Origin: Macrostomum lignano
Taxonomy: Eukaryota
NCBI GenBank assembly: GCA_002269645.1
Contig: NIVC01000538.1
Span: 372,001 to 436,000, forward strand
Reading direction: 5' to 3'
DNA length: 64,000 nt
Position 1 is the stretch's first letter. Every line of letters begins with the position of its first letter. The notes beneath the pieces are model-generated. The model saw only the letters and a program-made list of their open reading frames with translations, was not told the DNA's origin and did not search any database. Of this stretch, positions 22,901 through 35,100 are shown piece by piece. Position numbers and translations under genes: made by a program.

Positions 22901-23370
22901 CTACTCTCCCTCTACTCTCCTCTCTACTCTCCTCTCTACTCTCCCTCTACTCTCCCTCTACTCTCCTCTCTACTCTCCTCTCTACTCTCCCTCTACTCTC
23001 CCTCTACTCTCCTCTCTACTCTCCCTCTACTCTCCCTCTACTCTCCCTCTACTCTCCCTCTACTCTCCCTATACTCTCCCTATACTCTCCCTCTACTCTC
23101 CCTATACTCTCCCTATACTCTCCCTCTACTCTCCTCTCTACTCTCCCCTCTACTCTCCCCTCTACTCTCCCCTCTATTCTCCCCTCTACTCTCCTCTCTA
23201 CTCTCCCCTCTACTCTCCCTCTACTCTCATCTCTCCTCTCCTCTCTACTCTCCCCTCTACTCTCCCATCTATTCTCTCATCTACTCTCCCCTCTACTCTC
23301 CCCTCTACTCTCCCATCTACTCTCTCCTCTACTCTCCACTCTACTCTCCTCTCTACTCTCGCATCTACTC
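22901..23370. repeat. CTACTCTCCCT-type 11/12-bp repeat
   Basis: Directly visible. Confidence 0.88.
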
Positions 23371-23893
23371 TTCTTCGTTTATTTCGGTAAAAATTTGGTA
23401 ACATAGTTGTTAAGCAGCCATTAGGATTAATTGGAGGTCAACAACAGACAACAAACGCCCCGCTGCTAAAAATTCCACTTTTCGATTAAAAATTGGTTTT
23501 ATTCTAATCAGAAAAGACAAAAAAGCGAATGGCTGAAATATTACTGATTGAGGCTGATTGAATGCGAAAGGCTTGATCTCCTTTGCTTCTGCCTCTGCAG
23601 CACGCGAATCTGCCGCTTCTTGGCTACTTTGCGAATCCTTCCCTCTCCTTTTTCCTCCCTGTTCAGTCCCATCTCTCTGATCACGGCGTGGCGGCCCACT
23701 GCGTACCCCCCCCCCCGCGGACTCTGGTGCAGCCTTAGGCAAAGTCATGCCTCTCCGCGACACTGCATCACGTGACCGCGCGGGCGAGTTGCACATTTTC
23801 GTCTCCTCACCTCGGACCGGTGGGACAGTATTTCTCCCAGAAGGGGATGAGAATTAACGATGAGGAACTCGTTACCAGCTCATGTGGGAGTCA

Positions 23894-24133
<240 letters not shown>

Positions 24134-24592
24134 TTACTGGGGAATCGGGGAAGCTGAGAGGAACTCCTGTGATGAGGCTATACAGAAAGCTCCATGCTAA
24201 CTACAAAACAGCATGAGGTAACGGGGGGGGGGCATGCACTCCCCTTCTCTGCTTCTCTCTCTCTAAAAGAAAGGATTTCTATCCCAGTTCTCCGCCTGAC
24301 TTCCCCTGCTATATACCCTAGTTAATCTCCACCGGAGCCAGCGAGAACTGATCCTGAGTTCCTGAGTTCGAGCAGTCATGGCATGTCTCGCATGCAACTC
24401 AAATATTTTGTGCTATTTTGATGCGCAAAAAAAGTACACTGATTTCTCCCCGAGACTTTGATGGCGCAAAATTTTGCTACATATGATCGCACTATGTTTG
24501 ATAAAGTTATAGCAAACGTCAATGCATTCAGTATATTCGTATACTACTGGTCAATGTATTTTTAAGTCAAAAAGTATGCTCTTTGACTGTTA

Positions 24593-24856
<264 letters not shown>

Positions 24857-26264
24857 TTACAGCAGTTACTTCATAGCCCCCCAAAAAAGTGAATAAATCA
24901 ACATTCAAAATTTATCTTAAGAAGAAGGTACACCTACGGTAATAATTATTGCAGGTACTCGTTCTTTTATTCGAATTTGAACAATATTTTACTAAATAAA
25001 ATGAGTTTAAAATAAATACTTGTATTCGTTGTTTTATTTACCCTAAAATTTGTTAGTTAGCAACATTGGACGAATGTATGTAGAACTTTATACGAATTAA
25101 AGTTTTCTGTGTATCGAAGAAAATAAGCACTTTGAATTCGAAGCGCGATACATGTGTATAAAAACAAGTCAACCTAGAAATAATCGTTTTTACTATTTTG
25201 CTGTAGATTTAATTAAAGATATTTACAAAAAGTTTGTTTTTATCAACATTAATTCTCATTATAAGCTAGAAGAATCTGGTAATATTTCTAAAATTCTTAC
25301 ATTTTAAAAAGGAACTTTCTAAGAAAGGGTCAAAACTTCTCATCTTGTGTAGTTGAATCAGCAATGCAATGTAAGCTTGCTAACTGTAGTCTTGAATGAG
25401 ACATGCTACCTTTCTAAGTAGCCTAGTCAGAAAGCTGCAAGTTGATTTAAAAATTGTGGGAAATTGTGGTGGTGGTGATTGATTGCTTACTCACATATTA
25501 AAATATTTTAATCTTAATTTTAACATTAATAAACTTTATTCGCTATTATTTATAGTCAAAATCTTTCTGATTTAATTAGATAAACTTTAATTCGTTAAAC
25601 AGTGGCCTTAGTAAAGTTTTAGAAATTTTGGTTTTAGATTAGTTAATTATGTGTCTTTATACTGTATAATTTTGACATTTGGAAAGCTACCTTCTTGTTC
25701 TGCTTGGGAGTTTTAATCATGAATAGAGTTTTAGATTTATTTGTTGGCATAATTTCTAGAATCGTAGCCACTACGCTCGTAGCTTTTTAAGTTTCAAGAT
25801 AAAGTAAGTGAGTCATTATTTTAACAAAACTAATCACTTTCTTAATAGTTTATTATTATGCAAAATTTAAATTATACAAATATATTTATAGGATCCTGGA
25901 CAATCTTAGGATCATGGACAAGTGATTTGTTCAAATAAATTGTACTCTTGCATTAATTCTACTTCCTAATATTATTTTCATGTTTTATATTGTGCTCTTT
26001 TGGCTAGCTAAATGGATAAGAAATGATCAAAACTGATAATATATTTTAGCAATATTATTATTATATTAGAATTATTGTTAGAATTGAATAGGGCATTTAA
26101 ACTATATTATAATATATTGATCAGGCTGCATATCTTATTGTTAAAATGTTTAGGCTATGCTAATGCATGTAGCATCATGTCCTAAGGTTAGACTTTTAGC
26201 TATCCTAGATACTATAGTTGGCCACTTACTATCTTTAAGGCATTTAGTTTAGACAGCCAGCTTC

Positions 26265-26916
26265 CCAGTGTTAGTTGCTGGGCCAGCCTCCCAGAGTGTC
26301 AGTTGCTGGGCCAGCCTCCCAGATCCCCAGTTGCTGGGCCAGCCTCCCAGATCCTCAGTTGCTGGGCCAGCCTCCCAAATCCTCAGTTGCTGGGCCAGCC
26401 TCCCAGATCCTCAGTTGCTGGGCCAGCCTCCGAGATCCTCAGTTGCTGGGCCAGCCTCTCAGATCCTCAGTTGCTGGGCCAGCCTCCCAGATCCTCAGTT
26501 GCTGGGCCAGCCTCCCAGATCCTCAGTTGCTGGGCCAGCCTCCGAGATCCTCAGTTGCTGGGCCAGCCTCCCAGATCCTGAGTTGTTGGGCCAGCCTCCC
26601 AGATCCTCAGTTGCTGGGCCACCAGCCTCCCAGATCCTCAGTTGCTGGGCCACCAGCCTCCCAGATCCTCAGTTGCTGGGCCAGCCTCTCAGATCCTCAG
26701 TTGCTGGGCCAGCCTCCCAGATCCTCAGTTGCTGGGCCAGCCTCTCAGATCCTCAGTTGCTGGGCCAGCCTCTCAGATCCTCAGTTGCTGGGCCAGCCTC
26801 CCAGATCCTCAGTTGCTGGGCCAGCCTCTCAGATCCTCAGTTGCTGGGCCAGCCTCCCAGATCCTCAGTTGCTGGGCCAGCCTCTCAGATCCTCAGTTGC
26901 TGGGCCAGCCTCCCAG
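26265..26916. repeat. 28-bp minisatellite GTTGCTGGGCCAGCCTCCCAGATCCTCA
   Basis: Directly visible; immediately precedes the TMEM42 coding exon. Confidence 0.93.
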
Positions 26917-26948
26917 GTGCCACAGCGCCATTCCGTTCTTGCCCGCAG

Positions 26949-27344
26949 CCGCCCCCGCCGCCAGTGTGGGCAATTCTGTCTGGTGCCGCAGCCGCAGGCG
27001 CCTCCCTGTCCGGTAAGCTGGCCGGCTCGGCCATCGGCCACTCTAACTGGCCAGTGGCCGTGGCCGGGGCGGCGGCCTGGCTGGGCTGCAATGCGCTCAT
27101 GTGGCCGTTGTTCGTGAGGGCGATGCACGCCTGCCAGTCAGCTGGCCGGGCCACCCTCGTCAACTCGGCGGTCAACTTCCTGTTGTCCGGACTGGCCGGC
27201 TGGCTGATCTTCGGCGAGCCGGTTGGCCTCCGGTGGCTCGCCGGGTCCGGTTTGGTGCTGGCCGGCTTCTGCCTGGTCTGCTTGGAGACAACGCCATCGG
27301 GGACCGCTGGCAGACCAGCGCCTGACAGGGACAAGGCTGACTGA
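26949..27344 (+). CDS. TMEM42: Transmembrane protein 42-like (small DMT/EamA-fold membrane protein); start codon not in this exon
   Basis: WAILSGAAAAGASLSGKLAG..CNALMWPLFVRAM..ATLVNSAVNFLLSGLAGWLIFGEPVGLRWLAGSGLVLAG matches the TMEM42 pattern. Acceptor TTCTTGCCCGCAG at 26948 is phase 0; an alternative acceptor is at 26916. Confidence 0.8.
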   Translation, partial: PPPPPVWAILSGAAAAGASLSGKLAGSAIGHSNWPVAVAGAAAWLGCNALMWPLFVRAMHACQSAGRATLVNSAVNFLLSGLAGWLIFGEPVGLRWLAGSGLVLAGFCLVCLETTPSGTAGRPAPDRDKAD

Positions 27345-27414
27345 TTGCTTGTTCGAATCCTGTTGCTTTTAAATATCTCACATCTCCAGGCAGCTCTCTT
27401 CAACAAATAACTGC

Positions 27415-27745
27415 CAGTGTCAAAATCCATGTGGACAGTTTCAAAATCCATGTGGACAGTTTCAAAATCCATGTGGCCAGTGTCAAAATCCATGTGGCCA
27501 GTGTCAAAATCCATGTGGACAGTTTCAAAATCCATGTGGCCAGTGTCAAAATCCATGTGGCCAGTGTCAAAATCCATGTGGCCAGTGTCAAAATCCATGT
27601 GGCCAGTGTCAAAATCCATGTGGCCAGTGTCAAAATCCATGTGGCCAGTGTCAAAATCCATGTGGCCAGTGTCAAAATCCATGTGGCCAGTGTCAAAATC
27701 CATGTGGCCAGTGTCAAAATCCATGTGGCCAGTGTCAAAATCCAA
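27415..27745. repeat. 21-bp minisatellite GTGTCAAAATCCATGTGGCCA
   Basis: Directly visible. Confidence 0.93.
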
Positions 27746-28210
27746 CTTCCCTTCATTTTTAGTGTCTCTCAAAGCAATCACTGTTTGGCACTAACAGTCA
27801 AACTCATTGAGCGCACGGCCTCTCAATCTGCATAAATTTGCCCCAATCCTGTCCGCTTGGATTAACAGGATTAGCAGGATTAACGAGCGAATTCGAGCAG
27901 CAGAATTCGAAGTGTCGGATTTGTTTGAATTTCCTCGAACCTCGAGCTTCTTCTGCAATCATGCGCTTGTAAATGCGCTATATTATTGTTAATAATAAAG
28001 TAATTGTGCTTACAGAATTATGCCGTTAGTTAAAGCCGCTTGCTCCCGTTCCTATAATCTTTCTGTTAATTCCTTTGATTTTGTCAACAATTCCAATTGG
28101 TGTTGGCTGTCTTTGAAAATTTCTACAAAAGCGTCAAATTAAAATGGCGATTCTTGTGATGGGCATTAATTTTTTTAAACTGGATTTGCTTTTTGTCAAT
28201 TTTTCAGACT

Positions 28211-30666
28211 ATGGAAGCAAACGGTATTGATAATCCGATAAAATCTAGTGATCAACTAAATCTGATTGAGCAGCATAGTTGTAAATCTCGCGACAAAGAT
28301 CCCGATAACGACAAAGATCTTCTTAAAACTGACAAAGACCAAGATCCTAGAAGTGACAAAGACTCGGATCTAAGAAGCGACAAAGACCAGGAACTAAGAA
28401 GCGACAAAGACCAGGAACTAAGAAGCGACAAAGACCAGGACCTAAGAAGCGACAAAGACCAGGAACTAAGAAGCGACAAAGACCAGGACCTAAGAAGCGA
28501 CAAAGACCAGGACCTAAGAAGCGACAAAGACCAGGACCTAAGAAGCGACAAAGACCAAGACCTTAGAAGCGAAAAAGGCTCCGCTGGTTCAAACCAAGAT
28601 CCAAAACAAAGTTGCGAGCCGAACAAAGACCTGCAGCAGCCGGCCGAGCGCCCGTTTGCGCATCTCCGCGGCCTCAGCTCTGGCGACTTCCTTGACGCCG
28701 TAGCGTCCAGCGGTCGGTCGGCCTGCACCGTGTGCGGCCGCTCTCGCAAGTTCTACTGCCCCGTCTGCTGCGTGCCCGTGCCCAGCTCACAGCCGCTGCC
28801 CTCTGTTCGCCTGCCGTTCTCCGTTTGCGTGCTCAAGCACCCCGCCGAGTTCCACGGCAAGTCGACTTGACCGCACGCGGTGCTGCTCTCTCCCGACTGT
28901 CGGATTGTGCGATACCCGCTGCTGCCGGACCTCAGCTCTGGCTGTGTCGCGGTGGTGTACCCCGCGCCTGGCGCCCTGTCAGTTGCGGAGCTCGCCGTCA
29001 GGATGGCACCGCCGTCTGACAGCACCTGCGAGACTGACGATACTGGCGACAGCCGTCAGAAACTGCCGGAGGAGAGCATGAGGCAAGACTGACTGACTGA
29101 CTGACTGACTGACTGACTGACTGACTGACTGACTGACTGACTGACTGACTGACTGACTGACTGACTGACTGACTGACTGACTGACTGACTGACTGACTGA
29201 CTGACTGACTGACTGACTGACTGACTGACTGACTGACTGACTGACTGACTGACTGACTGACTGACTGACTGACTGACTGACTGACTGACTGACTGACTGA
29301 CTGACTGACTGACTGACTGACTGACTGACTGACTGACTGACTGACTGACTGACTGACTGACTGACTGACTGACTGACTGACTGACTGACTGACTGACTGA
29401 CTGACTGACTGACTGACTGACTGACTGACTGACTGACTGACTGACTGACTGACTGACTGACTGACTGACTGACTGACTGACTGACTGACTGACTGACTGA
29501 CTGACTGACTGACTGACTGACTGACTGACTGACTGACTGACTGACTGACTGACTGACTGACTGACTGACTGACTGACTGACTGACTGACTGACTGACTGA
29601 CTGACTGACTGACTGACTGACTGACTGACTGACTGACTGACTGACTGACTGACTGACTGACTGACTGACTGACTGACTGACTGACTGACTGACTGACTGA
29701 CTGACTGACTGACTGACTGACTGACTGACTGACTGACTGACTGACTGACTGACTGACTGACTGACTGACTGACTGACTGACTGACTGACTGACTGACTGA
29801 CTGACTGACTGACTGACTGACTGACTGACTGACTGACTGACTGACTGACTGACTGACTGACTGACTGACTGACTGACTGACTGACTGACTGACTGACTGA
29901 CTGACTGACTGACTGACTGACTGACTGACTGACTGACTGACTGACTGACTGACTGACTGACTGACTGACTGACTGACTGACTGACTGACTGACTGACTGA
30001 CTGACTGACTGACTGACTGACTGACTGACTGACTGACTGACTGACTGACTGACTGACTGACTGACTGACTGACTGACTGACTGACTGACACTGAGACTGA
30101 GGAATAGTCAGACACTGAGACTGAGGAATAGTCAGACAGTGAGACTGAGGAATAGTCAGACACTGAGACTGAGGAATAGTCAGACAGTGAGACTGAGGAA
30201 TAGTCAGACAGTGAGACTGAGGAATAGTCAGACACTGAGACTGAGGAATAGTCAGACAGTGAGACTGGGGAATAGTCAGACGTTAACCCGAGCCAGCTGG
30301 CCCCGCAGGCGGTGGACGGTGCTGTTCCTGGACGCCACCTGGCACCAGGCCAATGGCATGATTAACGACGATCGTCTCCGAAGCCTGCCCCGCGTTGCCC
30401 TTAGCAACCACTCAAGCCACTACTGGCGCTACGAGGCGGGCCTGAGCCCCAGCCACCTGTCCACCATAGAGGCAATCTACTACCTGGCCGTTGATCTGCA
30501 CCTGGCACTGCGCCAGCTGGGCTACTGGCCCGGCGCGGACGAGTACGACGGTCGGTACGACAACCTGCTGCTGTACTTCAACCACCTGTACCGTCTGCTG
30601 TACGCCAACTATGATGGCGGCCGGGCCTGTGGAGAACGGAAACGGCGTCACTTTCAGTTGAAATGA
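28211..30666 (+). CDS. DTWD1: DTW domain protein 1 (tRNA-uridine aminocarboxypropyltransferase) with one in-frame TGA; recoded gene or pseudogene
   Basis: Exons 28211-29082 and 30309-30666, joined by a GC-AG intron (AG|GCAAGA ... CCGCAG|G, phase 2). Motifs: CTVC..RKFYCPVCC, LKHPAEFHGKST*PHAVLLSP, LFLDATWHQ (DXTW), LSTIEAIYY, YDNLLLYF. The TGA at 28868-28870 is codon 220 of 409. Confidence 0.9.
29088..30088. repeat. Pure (GACT)n microsatellite, about 250 units, followed by a 24-bp repeat to ~30280
   Basis: Uninterrupted GACT run filling the DTWD1 intron, then CACTGAGACTGAGGAATAGTCAGA units. Confidence 0.97.
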
Positions 30667-30879
30667 TGATTGCGTCATCTTGTCTGCAGCTAATTATATG
30701 ATATGATTGCATTTATCTTAAAATTGTATGATAACTAGCTCTGTGAAAATAACTTTTTTTTTACTTTTTTCATTTGCTTTTTGTCTACTGTTAGTAGGAT
30801 AAATAGATTCTGGCGCGTAGAACAGAATTCTAATTCAAGTTTTCGAGGATCTGTAGCTTATCAGTGTTAACGGTTAATG

Positions 30880-32103
30880 CCATCGTTGGGTCTTCATGCC
30901 ATCCTTGGGTCTTCATGCCATCGTTGGGTCTTCATGCCATCGTTGGGTCTTCATGCCATCGTTGGGTCTTCATGCCATCGTTGGGTCTTCATGCCATCGT
31001 TGGGTCTTCATGCCATCCTTGGGTCTTCATGCCATCGTTGGGTCTTCATGCCATCCTTGGGTCTTCATGCCACCCTTGGGTCTTCATGCCACCCTTGGGT
31101 CTTCATGCCACCCTTGGGTCTTCATCCTACCCTTGGGTCTTCATGCCACCCTTGGGTCTTCATCCCACCCTTGGGTCTTCATCCTACCCTTGGGTCTTCA
31201 TGCCACCCTTGGGTCTTCATGCCACCCTTGGGTCTTCATCCTACCCTTGGGTCTTCATGCCATCCTTGGGTCTTCATGCCACCCTTGGGTCTTCATGCCA
31301 CCCTTGGGTCTTCATGCCACCCTTGGGTCTTCATCCTACCCTTGGGTCTTCATGCCACCCTTGGGTCTTCATCCCACCCTTGGGTCTTCATCCTACCCTT
31401 GGGTCTTCATGCCACCCTTGGGTCTTCATGCCACCCTTGGGTCTTCATGCCACCCTTGGGTCTTCATGCTACCCTTGGGTCTTTGTGCCACCCTTGGGTC
31501 TTCATGCCACCCTTGGGTCTTCATGCCATCATTGGGTCTTCATGCCACCATTGGGTCTTCATGCGATCATTGGGTCTTCATCCTACCCTTGGGTCTTCAT
31601 CCCACCCTTGGGTCTTCATCCCACCCTTGGGTCTTCATCCCACCCTTGGGTCTTCATCCTACCCTTGGGTCTTCATGCCACCCTTGGGTCTTCATGCCAC
31701 CCTTGGGTCTTTGTGCCACCCTTGGGTCTTCATGCCACCATTGGGTCTTCATGCGATCGTTGGGTCTTCATCCTACCCTTGGGTCTTCATCCTACCCTTG
31801 GGTCTTCATCCCACCCTTGGGTCTTCATCCCACCCTTGGGTCTTCATCCCACCCTTGGGTCTTCATCCTACCCTTGGGTCTTCATGCCATCATTGGGTGT
31901 TCATGCCACCATTGGGTCTTCATGCCATCATTGGGTCTTCATCCCACCCTTGGGTCTTCATGCCACCCTTGGGTCTTCATCCCACCCTTGGGTCTTCATG
32001 CCACCCTTGGGTCTTCATCCCACCCTTGGGTCTTCATGCCACCCTTGGGTCTTCATCCCACCCTTGGGTCTTCATCCTACCCTTGGGTCTTCATCCCACC
32101 CTT
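30880..32103. repeat. 19-bp minisatellite CTTGGGTCTTCATGCCACC
   Basis: Directly visible, between DTWD1 and the KIAA0930 homolog. Confidence 0.93.
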
Positions 32104-32196
32104 GTGTCTTGCATTCGCAGTTCACTGCCGGCAGTGCAGCTCGCAGTTCCCCAATTTCCAGCCGCAGTCAGCAGCCGCAGCAGCAACCGGCGGACA

Positions 32197-35100
32197 ATGG
32201 ACCCGGCCAATCCAGTTCGATTCAACATCGGCTGCCAAAGCGACTCCGACGATCTCGAAGGCGAACTGCCGGAACAGCGGGCGGGCGCAGACGAGGAGAG
32301 CGATGGTTATTACAATGATGCCGAGTCGGAGGCTGCCAGAGACGCAATGAGCAGGAGCAGCTCGCTGCAGCGCATCCTCGCCTCAATCTCCGTTGAGCGT
32401 CGTTTGTCGTCCTCGTTGTCGACTTCGACTTCGGCGACAACGGCGTCGCAGACCCGGCCGAGTCGAAACAAGTTCTGGAGCCAGCTGCTGGTGCAGCACT
32501 TTCTTGAGGACGGAGGCGGCGGCGGCGAGATCAAGGACGGTGACGAGTTCAAGGACGATCTCGTGTTTTATGTTCGCCGAAGACTGCCGGATCGGGGAGA
32601 GGCGGCCGCTGCCAGCAGCTCTTCTTCGATTGGTACTACGGTTGAGGTGCGCCCTGCTGTACTGCGGCTCTGGGACAGAGAGGGTCAGGGAGAGGGAATG
32701 ATGGCCTGGGAGTTTTGAACTTTGGAGACTGAGAGTCAGAGGCTCAGAATCAGAGTGAGTCGCAAGAGTAGGAGTTGCATAGAGTCGCAGAGTGAGAGTC
32801 AGAGAGAGAGTCGCAGAGTGAGAGTCAGAGAGAGAGTCGCAGAGTGAGAGTCAGAGAGAGAGTCGCAGAGTGAGAGTCAGAGAGAGAGTCGCAGAGTGAG
32901 AGTCAGAGAGAGAGTCGCAGAGTGAGAGTCAGAGAGAGAGTCGCAGAGTGAGAGTCAGAGAGAGAGTCGCAGAGTGAGAGTCAGAGAGAGAGTCGCAGAG
33001 TGAGAGTCAGAGAGAGAGTCGCAGAGTGAGAGTCAGAGAGAGAGTCGCAGAGTGAGAGTCAGAGAGAGAGTCGCAGAGTGAGAGTCAGAGAGAGAGTCGC
33101 AGAGTGAGAGTCAGAGAGAGAGAGAGTCGCAGAGTGAGAGTCAGAGAGCGAACTGGTCAGAGAGAACTGGTCAGACAGAGAACTGGTCAGAGAGAACTGG
33201 GAGAACTGGTCAGAGAGAACTGGTCAGAGAGAACTGGTCAGAGAGAACTGGTCAGAGAGAACTGGGAGAACTGGTCAGAGAGAACTGGTCAGACAGAGAA
33301 CTGGTCAGAGAGAACTGGTCAGAGAGAACTGGGAGAACTGGTCAGAGAGAACTGGTCAGAGAGAACTGGTCAGAGAGAACTGGGAGAACTGGTCAGAGAG
33401 AACTGGTCAGAGAGAACTGGTCAGAGAGAACTGGTCAGACAGAGAACTGGTCAGAGAGAACTGGTCAGAGAGAACTGGTCAGAGAGAACTGGTCAGAGAG
33501 AACTGGGAGAACTGGTCAGAGAGAACTGGTCAGACAGAGAACTGGTCAGAGAGAACTGGTCAGAGAGAACTGGGAGAACTGGTCAGAGAGAACTGGTCAG
33601 AGAGAACTGGTCAGAGAGAACTGGGAGAACTGGTCAGAGAGAACTGGTCAGAGAGAACTGGTCAGAGAGAACTGGTCAGACAGAGAACTGGTCAGAGAGA
33701 ACTGGTCAGAGAGAACTGGTCAGAGAGTGACAGCTGCAGTGTGATAGCCATAATCATATTCAGAGTCAGACAGTGCAACAATGGCTCCGGCCTAGTGCGC
33801 GACAAAAGTCAAGGTCACCCAGGCTGGGCACGTGACAGCAGCTGGCAGCACATGCACTGCTTGATTGACTGCCGCTAAGTGTTCCTTGGCGCGCTTTCAC
33901 GTGATCGACAACTGCCATTTTTTCACTTCAGTTTGAATTGAAATGTAAACGCAGTGCAGTTGAAGGTGCAATTGCATTTGGAGCTGTTGTTTTTAGATGA
34001 TCGATATGAGATTTGATGCACGGGGGGTCTTGACTTGCAGCCCGTATCTGTCTGTTGGTCTGCCTATTCTGACAGCAGTTGCTGGACCAGTCGGGATGAG
34101 AGGTTTAGGCAGCAAAGTGCTGATTGAAATTCTGGAGGAATGTCCTTGGCATCTGTCGAACTTTGTGTATCCATCCTGACTGTTGGGTTCACACCTGCTG
34201 TTCTTATAAAGTACCAACTGATGAAGTTTGTTGCAATAATAGCTCGCTCTTCGCCTGCCACAAGAAAGATTTTTTGGATGCTTTCTGAACTTTGACATTC
34301 TAACTGAATTTGTCAGGTGGAAACTTTTCTAGTCAGATGGGTTTAGAATGGAACAGATCTCAGTGCCGTGAGATTCTCATGAGAAACAGATCTCAGTGCC
34401 GTGAGATTCTCATGAGAAACAGATCTTAGTGCCGTGAGATGCTCATGAGAAACAGATCTCAGTGCCGTGAGATTCTCATGAGAAACAGATCTTAGTGCCG
34501 TGAGATTCTCATGAGAAACAGATCTCAGTGCCGTGAGATTCTCATGAGAAACAGATCTCAGTGCCGTGAGATTCTCATGAGAAACAGATCTTAGTGCCGT
34601 GAGATTCTCATGAGAAACAGATCTCAGTGCCGTGAGATTCTCATGAGAAACAGATCTTAGTGTCACAGGGACAGTGAGATTCTCATGAGAAACAGATCTC
34701 AGTGCAGTGAGATTCTCATGAGAAACAGATCTCAGTGCCGTGAGATTCTCATGAGAAGCAGATCTCAGTGCAGTGAGATTCTCATGAAAAACATCTCAGT
34801 GTCACAGGGACAGTGAGATTCTCATGAGAAACAGATCTCAGTGTCACAGGGACAGTGAGATTCTCATGAGAAACAGATCTCAGTGCCACAATGAGATTCT
34901 CATGACAGCCAATCCCAACGAGAGAAGCGTGAGCTAAGTACCTTACCATTCCCAAATCCCCTCAGGTGCACCGCAAGCACAAGCACAACTACAGACTGAT
35001 CCTGGCCGATCAGCTGATAGACCTGGAGGAGAGCGTGTACCTGAACCTGATCATGCAGCGGTTCGCGTACACCGTGACCTGCGCCGTGTGCACTCGCACC

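Noticed and set aside
23410-23796. 128-aa ORF as the first exon of carbonic anhydrase
   Set aside because: A phase-0 donor is possible but weak (TCA|GTAATA), and it competes with the 24784 exon. It cannot be supported from sequence alone.
30661-30735. SECIS element for DTWD1
   Set aside because: AUGA/UGAU quartets and an AAAUG/CAUUU helix can be drawn, but helix II is too short or irregular and the apical AA is misplaced. One candidate overlaps the stop codon. Not called without SECISearch.
33993-34298. 101-aa minus-strand ORF nested in a KIAA0930 intron
   Set aside because: It has no recognisable domain and AT-rich codon usage unlike the real exons.
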